A stretch of 63,069 bases of DNA, counting the filler, from Intoshia linei (taxonomy: Eukaryota > Animalia > Orthonectida): the NCBI GenBank assembly GCA_001642005.1. It is 5 parts of 5 records of this genome, joined end to end, with 100 filler letters (N's around TTAATTAATTAA, not from the genome) between each part and the next. Parts side by side here need not be neighbours in the genome. Positions count along the whole stretch, not along the records: positions 43,831 to 56,027 come from LWCA01001101.1; positions 56,128 to 60,526 come from LWCA01001972.1; positions 60,627 to 63,069 come from LWCA01002309.1; 2 more parts are not named here. One strand, given 5' to 3'. The notes below the pieces were generated by a model. It worked only from the letters and a program-made list of their open reading frames with translations. It was not told the DNA's origin and did no database searches. Below, piece by piece: positions 52,801-63,069 of this stretch; within the stretch, counting starts at the first letter, position 1, and each line of letters opens with the position of its first letter. The position numbers and the translations under genes were made by a program.

Positions 52801-54156
52801 GTTTGAAATATGATAACTAATAAACACCTCAGAACTTATGCATTATAATGAGATTTTTCGATTATTAATTTGATATTTATAAATCCATATTATGATCATA
52901 TCGGTGTTAATGAATACTTGTTAATACCATATTCATTAATTTGTTTTAATGAATTTTCATGATGTCAGCTTATGATTCAAAATTACTATTTAAATTATGA
53001 AACCCGTTATTATATAAAACTTTCTATGAACATCCTAGCTGTGTACAAACATGTCTAAAGTTTTCATAAATTCTATATTTATTATTTAGAGTTTATTTAA
53101 CAATTTGTTCTCTTTTAAAAACTCATAGAACTATGAGATAAAGCAAAATATTCGAAGAGGTAATTATCTATTATTTATTACTTATTATTACTATCAAGTC
53201 AGAAAACCTCAACCTTTTTATTTACAAAATTGTTAAAATAAATCTTTCTCAAATGATATAAAGTAAGACGGATGATTAAAATTTATTAGTGAGATCTTTG
53301 ATATTTATTTAGAATCGAAATCTTTGTGAGCTAGATACATAAAAATCGGTGCAATAAAATGTAATAGTTACTGATATAGTTTTCTTATACTTATCGGAAT
53401 CTTCTCTAAGTTGTTTTAAATGTACCGACCGAGAGATGACGACTAAATATGGTTAATCAAGTAGACGTCTGATTAAATTAATTTCAAACTAAATAAAAAA
53501 AATTCATTATGTATTCTTATGAGTTCTGCAACATATTCGGTTCGAAACGCAATCCGAACACGAAAATTAAATTTTAATTGATTAATAAAGAAATTATATT
53601 CGAGCACGAACTTAGTACCGTGTTACATACTTATATTACGCATCCATTAATACTTTGTCATTTTTTTGTAGAGGCGCTAATCTAAAAAATTTTAAGTACT
53701 CTTTTCTAAAAAACAACCGAAACCATATATCTTGAAGCTACCAAAAATTAAAAATAGGCTCATAAAAATTTTTTTCTAGCGATGCGTAGTGTGATGTAAC
53801 CCTAGCTAATCTCTCTATTTCTTTTGGATTTAAATTTTAAATTTAACACGAAATAGTTGTGATATTCAGAAAGATCATTTTTTAATGTTCAATTTGGAAA
53901 AATGAGAGCCCATTACATTAAAATTTCGTCAAGGCCCCAAAGAGTGTTTCAATATGATAGTATCGGGCACTACTAACAATAATGCTTAATAGATACATGT
54001 ATATATATTTTATGAATTTTTAATAAAATATTTATTTAGGTCAAAAAAACCGTAATGGTACGTTTCAGAAAGGATGATGACATCATTGAAGATATAATTG
54101 AATATCTTTGTCAAAAGGATTACATTTTCCTACAAGAACTCACAAATAAAAAGTGA
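49861..54156 (+). pseudogene. Divergent cullin-family gene with apparent frame disruptions
   Basis: DHFEAHYQQYLADRLL, YMRKLKIMI*DIVNS, VEFTTLSQFSW and C-terminal IIEDIIEYLCQKDYI match cullin homology and winged-helix motifs. In-frame TGA at 52008-52010. The 5' start and several exons are uncertain. Confidence 0.7.
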
Positions 54157-57100
54157 ATTTAAGGAATATATATATTAATTAAAATACCCATTTATAGTGA
54201 TTTTTAAGAAATTTATTTTGAAGTTTATATATAGGTTTTGGGTTAATTATAAAGAATTCAATCATAATTAAAATCCAAAATAACTGACCTAGAACTGAAT
54301 TAAAAAAATCTAAATGTTCAAAAACACGATACACACATCAAAGACACAAGATCCATACAAATCAACATAAGACAATCAACATTTTTTGATCTTAACATGT
54401 TTGTACATATTATTACATTTTATTGTATTAAAATATTAACCAATTTCAAAAACGTTTTCTATAAATTTTTAAAATGAATAAAGGCATCAATGTGCAAAAG
54501 GGTCTAAAAAAATTTAATAAAAAAATGATCACTGTAATATGGGGGTCGGCAACCAATGAACTACAGAATAATTTTGGTAGCCATTTGAGTAAATATGTAA
54601 ATTAATTAGAATTAATTATTTTTAAATTTTTATTAATCAATATATATTGTATATATACAATATCAACAAACAAATTGTAGTATCAACATTAAAAATCATA
54701 TTGATAAAATTGGTAAAAAAATTGTACAATTATGTATGTCTCAGTTCAATTTTATTTTCGTTAACAATAATGCACAATAATTATCATTATAAATTATATA
54801 TTATATTACACTAGGTCACAAAACGAATTTTTTTTTAATATAGCAGGGATAATTTTATATACTGTTGAAATATACACTGAGAAAATAAGATTGATATAAT
54901 TTGTAATATCTTTCGAGATCGAAATAATTGTTAAATTGGCAATTAAAATTTATAAATATGTATGTAACCATGAATATTTTACATTTTTTAATTTTTAAAA
55001 TTACATTTAAGAGTTAATAAACAGAATAATTCCACATTTTTTTAATGTCACTCTATGTTATTGTACACTGGCTACAATTTAACAATTTTTTAAAATAAAA
55101 TTTACGACAAAAAATACATTTTGTAAAAATATAATTTACATTAAATTGGTACAATTAATTATTAAAAAATATAGCAGATCATTATAAATAGGAAAATATG
55201 GAGAATTTTTTTGTTTATTTAACAGTACTTTCATTTTTAATAGTTGAGATCCAAATTTGATAGAGGTGGCACAAAACTCATTGAGTTTTGTGTTGAGCAT
55301 GCTCATTGTGCAAAAAAGTGCCCAATCGTGAGTTTGTGTTGAGTGTTGTGCAAAAAATTTTTAAGCTTGAGTATTGTGGGGAAATGAACTGATTTTGGTT
55401 TACATGTTAAAATTTCAAATAATAAATTGCCAATAATCTTCAGTTTATATTTTTATAAATTTTTTCCCCATGGAAAATAATTTAGACTAAAACGATAGCG
55501 ATTTTTATAAAGTTATTGAAGAGTTAGAAGAGGAAGTTAATAGAAGCATGGAACAAACATCCACTGGTTTTGTTTCACATGATGATTATTTGAATCTCAA
55601 GAAGAGACAAAAATCAAAAATTCCGTTAATAATAAAGAGAACAAATTTATTGATCTTTCACCACTTCAAAAAGAATTTAAAAATAAAACAAGGGATGATT
55701 TACTTTACTACTTTACTTTTTACGTTCTTTTTACTTTACGATATACTTTTTGATATTGATTGATTTTTACTTTATGATGTTATGCATTGATTTTTTCTCT
55801 CCTTGGTGTATTTCCTTAATCCGCAATATTTATAACTTATCTCTAAAATGTACGCATTAAGGATTACATTAATTGACATTGATAATTTTTGTATTATTTA
55901 AACCACTCTTTACGTGTGATTTTGATATGTCGGTAGGAAAGTTATGCTTAAGTTATTTTTTTCACTTATTAACATGAATGGTTTTATTTATCAAAGTATT
56001 TATATGTTTACAAGTCAGGAATTTAAGNNNNNNNNNNNNNNNNNNNNNNNNNNNNNNNNNNNNNNNNNNNNTTAATTAATTAANNNNNNNNNNNNNNNNN
56101 NNNNNNNNNNNNNNNNNNNNNNNNNNNCTTGGTTGTATATGCATTCCAAGGCAAAAATTTCCTTTTCTACAGTATAGCCAAGCGAACTTGATGATTCCGA
56201 TTTAGACATAATATATTATCTAAATCGCACATAAAACTACATTTTAGGATATTTACCAAGTTATTTTATAAAAGTAAATAATATAAAATTCGGGTTTTTT
56301 AACATTTATAATAGTATTTCTCAATGTGATATAAAATATGGCACAATAACTGCAATGTATATAAAAAAACTTTATATTTTACTTTATTTGTAACGATAAT
56401 GCGTTGAGTTACAGGTTTATAAATTAAAAATTGAAACGTATATTTAAATATTCACATGTTGGTATGTAATTTTAAGTACGTTTTTATATACTCGGACTAG
56501 AAATCAAAATTTTATACACATGTTAACAATGAATAAAAAATAAAAATTCGTTACATCAAGTGACTTTGCAGATGATGTATTATTATTAGAGTCAACAAAT
56601 ACAATTTTTTATTGCACTAAAAAATTTGTAGCACCTAACTTACTATACAACAAGACAACAATTGATTTAACGTTCATTAAATTTACATCTCAAATTAAAT
56701 TTATTTGAATGGAAAATGAAATAGTCATTTAATATATGACATTAAATAGTTCAAATATAATTAAATAATAAAATATATTTAAAATTACTAATCATTTAAT
56801 CCTAAAATTATAGTTTAACATGTAACAATTAACGCGTCAATATTATTATGAACAGAATTAGTTCTCTTCAAAAAAAAATAATAAAAAAAATCACCGGCAA
56901 AATATAAATGCACACGAGAAAGTTTTTGTTATGATTTCTCATTTAAGGCATTAGGTGTGTTAGATTTTTTATGAGAATCCCCGTGAAATTTTTTTTCACA
57001 TTTAATATGTTTACTACACTTATTTACTTATATTATATTACTTGTATTATTACACTATCAAAAAGTAATAAAAATTATATGGTTATACAGTTGCTCTAAC

Positions 57101-57200
57101 ACTACCTTAATATTTATTACAGTTGAATTACCGTTTATCTTGTATTGCGTTGTATTGTAGTTGAATTTAAATTATAGTTTAAAATTGAAAATTTACCAGA

Positions 57201-58718
57201 ATGAAGAAAAATATAACTTTAAATGAAAAATTAAACATTATTAGAATGCTAAATAAAGGTATATCAGTTAAACAAATTGCAGAAACTTGGAATAAATTTA
57301 TTAACACAATATATAGTGTCAAAAGATGTAAACCAAAAATAATGAATTTTTACCAAAATTCCAACGTTCCTGAAAGTATGGGTCATTCAAGAGAATGAGA
57401 CTACCAAATTGTAATGAAGTTGAAAATAAATTGTATGGCGTTTGTTAAACAAAGATACAATGATGTCTCAATAAGTGAAGAAACTAATAGTTGAAGCTAA
57501 ATCCATAGATAATTGTAATGACACTGGTTTTAATGTTGAAAGAAATGATTGTCAATTTTCTCGTGGTTGGTTAAATAAATTCAAACGACGAAATGGAATT
57601 AAATCCTACAAAATTTGTGGAGACTCAGGAGGTGCTAATATCGAAGTTACAAGAAAATTCATAGTGGAATTTAAAAAATTAATCTTACAAGAAAATTTGA
57701 CAGAATGTTAAATTTATAATATGGATGAAACAGGGTTAGAATGACGTAAAATGACCAGAAATACATTAGCAACCCTTTTCGAAAGAAAAAAAACTAGCAA
57801 AGAAAGAATAACTATATGTTGTACATCCAACATGGATGGCACAGATAGGTATAAATTGATGGTTGTTGGAAAAAGCAAAATGTCAAGGTGCTTCAAGAAC
57901 TATGATATTCCTGTATATTATAAATCCTCAAAAAGTAGTTGGGTAAATAATATAATAAATTATGATTAATATTATAATTTAGGTAAATCGTGATATCATA
58001 ATTGATTGGTTTTACAATTATTTCGTCCCTGATGCAAGAGCTCATTGCACATCAATGGGATTAGAAAATAATTGTAAAATCCTTCTCATAATAGATCAAT
58101 GTCCTGCTCATCCGCCAATCCAATTTTTAATGTCTAATAACGTAGCGGTGTTGTATACTCCACCAAATACAACATCTTTGATTCAGCTACAAGATCAATG
58201 TAAATTTAAAAAATTTATATTCATTAATGTATAATTTAGGTATAATTAGAGCATTTAAATGTAGATACAATCAAAACTTCATTACATCTCTTGTGGCTTG
58301 GTGTGCTACCGCTGTTATAAAAAAGTATAGTTTAAGGATGTGTATTGACAATGCATTTAAATCCTGGAACGAAGTGCGTATCAGTGTGTTTACACAGGCG
58401 TGGAGAAAAATACAAGGAATTAAATGTTGTAATAATGAAATCACCGAATCGAACAAATTATCTTTGTTAAAAAGTTTACAAAATTTAGAAATTAATGTTG
58501 AATTAGATGATTTACCCGAATTTATTAATATCAACACCAACACCGTACGTGAAGATTTTTCGGATATCGAATCTGATCAAGAGACACATATCCTAGAATC
58601 ATTGGATTCCATAAATGACACTATATCGAAACTCAAGAATGTTCCTACAATAATATCTAAATCTGAAATGGATACATTATTAAGAATCAGAAAAAAATTA
58701 ATTGATAATATTGAATGA
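57201..58718 (+). mobile_element. pogo/Tigger (CENP-B-like, DDE_1) transposase pseudogene with two introns
   Basis: HTH region TLNEKLNII, FSRGWLNKFKRRNGI, YNMDETGL, KERIT...NMDGT, IIDQCPAH, PPNTTSLIQLQDQ. 32 residues separate the second and third Asp. Stops and frameshifts in the 5' half. Confidence 0.93.
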
Positions 58719-61263
58719 TGATATAGATTTTTTGTTGNTGGATTCCATAAATGACACTATATCGAAACTCAAGAATGTTCCTACAATAATATCTAAATCT
58801 GAAATGGATACATTATTAAGAATCAGAAAAAAATTAATTGATAAGGTTGACTGATGATATAGATTTTTTGTTGAAATAAGATATTTTTCTAATCATTTGT
58901 AATTTCGATTCTTTAAATTTTTTCGTCATGTTAGATTATCTACGGTTTTAAGGGTTTAAAGTTCACAAGGTAGACTATAAGTTTGGTAATACTCACTTTT
59001 AATACTAAACAAATCTTAATTTAAATGTAAGCAATGTAGAAAAACAGATTAGAAATATAGAAATATTTTTGTGATAATAGTCATTTGAAATGTAAAAATA
59101 AAATTATATTAGTTTCAGGTAATTACTAGGAAATAATATGATGTCGAATTTAAGATCGCTAATGTTTGATAATAATTATTATTACTATTTTGTAAATTAA
59201 AATTAATGTTTATATATCACTATGACTTGTATAATGTTTCGTTAGTAAACAAAAATAAAATAGTAAACAAAGACTAGTTTATTTTCATTGTCTACTAACG
59301 AAACTTGTAAAATTAAGTAAAATAAACTTTAATCAAAAAAAGTGAAACTTAGTTATTGCACTCATAATTTATCATATATCATATAAATAAATTGATTAGT
59401 GCAAATTTTAAATGCAATTTAAAAGCATGATTTTATTGCATGATTGTATTACATTATAATCAAAAAATTTGCACTAACGCAATATTTTGACTTAAAAACT
59501 ACTTTATACATTTATGTAGCATTTAAAATTTCGTGCAAAATTACAGGCGCACAATTCTATAAAGTCAATAAAAGTTGCATCACATCGAATTTTTAGTGCA
59601 ATAAAATGTCGACTGAATGCCAAACCAAAATGAAATGAAATTTAAAATCTCAGTCGAAACTGAATTTAAAATTAATATTTATGTACACATTTATATCACA
59701 TTAGTATTTATCATTAGACATAATTTTTAGACACAAATCATTGTTATTTAGTATACATTTATAAAAATCAGAACAATTTTGAAATAATTATTTATTACTA
59801 ATTAAATTTATTTTACTTTAAAATTGAAATTGAAAAATATTGATAAAGTGTGCTTTTAATTTAATTACAATTGATAAAGTTCATTTCAAATAAAACGTAA
59901 ATAAACATCTTTCTATACACATTTATACAGTAAAATTTTTACGTTAACATAAAAATTATCGAGTACGTATTTAGTTAGTGTGTCCATCAGTACTTATTTT
60001 AAGTGGCCAGAAAAAATACGTACTATCAATTTTAGTTTATTTGATGATAAATGTAAAGCCAAAACTACTTATCTATGATGACGAATAAAAATTTTCGGCT
60101 TAAAATAAGTTTTATTTCAACAAAAGTACTAATTTATTATTACGACAATACTAATTTTAAATTATATGCATTCATTTTATATTTGTTACAAATTTTTATA
60201 ACATTTTAATATAAAAATAAAATTTAATTTAAACTTTTTAGGGAAAAATTTTGATGTTGAGTGGCCGGGTCCAAACTCAACCAATTTGAATAATTTTTTC
60301 AGGAAAGTAATCACAATCACCAATAATCCTGATGGTGAAAAATACTTTTTGATCTTTCAATATGGTGATCACTAGGGTGTTAACTTTTTCACAAAACAAA
60401 AAATACAGAGTCATACCTAATGAGAAATGTAAGTATATTTATGATTGCTATGTTTTTAAAGTATAATTTTTTAAAAAGTCAGGCCCACGTCGACAAAATA
60501 GTTTCCTAAAATATATATAATATATTNNNNNNNNNNNNNNNNNNNNNNNNNNNNNNNNNNNNNNNNNNNNTTAATTAATTAANNNNNNNNNNNNNNNNNN
60601 NNNNNNNNNNNNNNNNNNNNNNNNNNTAATCGTATTTTTGTGGCTGAAGACACGTTGAATTTAAAATTACAATAATTGCAGATACTTCTTTAATACTTCA
60701 TAAATGTCATGTAATGGTTGCGACAAGTTTACAAATTTGTATTACCTCTAGAAGCCAAAACATGGACGTGTAACCACTTAGTTCCCTGTGTACGAGGCAT
60801 TTTTAAATATAAATAAATTAAACTTATTTTTATCTTATTTAAACGTAAAAATATGTTCTCGGCAGAGCTAGGTGCTGTTTATACGTAGTACATAGCAATC
60901 AACCTAGTATTATATAAGTAAGGATATTAATAAATAATAATTTTATATTCTTTTTTGCAAAATTGTTGAGACTTTCATATTTTCTCAAAAATTAAAAAAT
61001 GAAATATCTACGAATAAATTCGATTTATTTTTCTAATTTTTTTCCAATGACAGGTCTTGCGAATATGTATCATATATAAAAATTCAGAAATGTATATGTT
61101 GATTTAGACGGGCTTATATCAATTGCAAAATTGTTCGGAGGAGGTATACAAGAGGCGGAGGTGTATATAAAATTTTTTAAAATAGCCCACTATCTGAATT
61201 AATCGCCACCTTGGGGCGATATCACATTCACTTTGGGAACACCTGGTATATATCATGTATTAC

Positions 61264-61598
<335 letters not shown>

Positions 61599-62177
61599 AT
61601 CGACAGAAAAATTAAAAAACAGAATTGAACTAAAGGTTTGAAGTTGAAATAGACATTTAACTCAGTGGATAGGATCTGAATCAACATTGATTCATCAAAT
61701 AAACTACAATGGTAATCATGGTATCTGGATAATTAAATATTTGTACAAGAAACTTTGAATAGACAATACTAGTCTACAAAGTGTAAATATATTAGAAAAA
61801 GGTTAAATAAGTACAAATTGTATTCGTAACTACTATTGTAATTAATAGTTTAAATTGTAACGTAACAGATAAAATGTCTAGACTTTTAAATTGGGTGAAA
61901 TGAGTATAAAAGTGTACTGATGAAATATTACGTATAGTACATTGTAATTAGAGATAACTTTTTTTAACCTATAAAATAGATCAAAATATAACCTATCATA
62001 TATATCAGGGTCGGCAACCAATGGCCTACATAATAATTTGGTGTCTTTTTGAGTAAATATGTGAATTATTAATTTTTCAACTTTTAAACATCGTTTTAAA
62101 TCATTGCCATTTTTATAATCATTGTAATACTTAATTTTCAAATCGTCCTGGATTTTATTTTGTTGAATACACTAGAA

Positions 62178-62810
62178 CAAGGTTTCTTAACCTTTTTTAA
62201 ATTTAGCACCTCCGTTAGCCAGATCAATTGTTTCCAGCACCTGAAAAAATATAGAATGATACCTTAAAATTCAACTTAAAAATCGTATTTTGTTGAGATT
62301 TTAAAAAATCACCCTATCGAACATAATCAATAAATGAACATAGAAACTGTATTTGATGGGATTTAAATTATATATGATGTCAATTAAATCAATATTTATC
62401 TGGAATATATAAAAACAACAAAACTATGTAATTAAAAAAATATTTTAATTTACATAATAAATTTGTGATTATATAATTAATGAGATTTTTGTTGCTGTTT
62501 ATCGGAAACAAGTTTATCATATCTGGGTTTTGTTTGAGATAATGCAACTCTCGTATCGTGTGACAACTTATCTCCCAATCTACTTCTAGTTTTTGATTTT
62601 ATGTGAAGCATAGCTATATTATAAATTAATTATTATAAGATCTAATTATACTTGAAAATGCTTTCTCGCAGAGATATGTTGTTGGAAAAGGGCTAATTTT
62701 TTCCAATGCAAATTTAGAAAGTTTAAGATATGTATTAATTTGTGAAACCAATATTCAGATAAAATCATATTGTCAAACTATGTTCTACAACAGCTATTTT
62801 CCCTTTTTGG
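62178..62810 (-). mobile_element. hAT (Charlie/Buster-like) 3' remnant
   Basis: Dimerisation-domain-like LSKFALEKISPFPTTYLCEKAFS and KTRSRL...DTRVALSQTKPRYDKLV, terminal CAAGGTTTCTTAACC. Confidence 0.8.
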
Positions 62811-63069
62811 TCATATCGTGCTCTCTTAACCCGTTAGTGCTCGCGCTTTTTTATAACGTAAACGCTCGCAGACGCCAAAAAATGATCGATTTTTATGAAT
62901 GAAAAATGTTACACGAAAAAAAACATTTTGTTATACGATTTAATTATTTTAATAGGCGTGGTTTTCAAAATATTTTTTACAAATATTATTTGCATGATCT
63001 TTGCAAATATGCTGATTACATAAAACGCATACTTAAAATGTTCTTTTAGCATTGTAATTACATAAATAA

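Noticed and set aside
58602-58874. Near-perfect tandem duplication of about 135 bp at the transposase 3' end
   Set aside because: The copies are separated by a single N, which is typical of an unmerged contig overlap.
60240-60380. Candidate PTEN C2-domain exon beyond the gap
   Set aside because: Only weak resemblance (SKFFPKKFKLNFIF), and strand and frame are ambiguous.

Overview
Very AT-rich animal (eukaryotic) scaffold with many 30-50 nt GT-AG introns and four N-gaps, each carrying a TTAATTAATTAA linker. This composition suggests a compact parasite genome such as the orthonectid Intoshia linei (inference, not verified). Because of the tiny introns, the ORF track misses most genes. Manual splicing recovers: an MRTF/myocardin-family coactivator (RPEL, basic/Q, SAP), eIF6, RNF121 (3' end not found before a gap), HSCB/Hsc20, PTGES2, vasohibin, a disrupted cullin-like gene, the first three exons of PTEN, and several orphan genes. 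Introns and intergenic DNA are rich in transposons: a recurrent non-autonomous Helitron-like family (about 10 copies or fragments), hAT, piggyBac and Tc2/pogo MITEs (including a triple-nested stack), a foldback-like element, decayed hAT transposases, a Ty3/gypsy remnant, and a pogo/Tigger transposase carrying two 40-nt spliceosomal introns. I found no rRNA, tRNA or CRISPR. I cannot demonstrate a wholly new biological system. The best leads are the intron-bearing transposase, an unexplained hairpin-rich island between HSCB and PTGES2, the N-terminally short vasohibin and the nested-element chronology.
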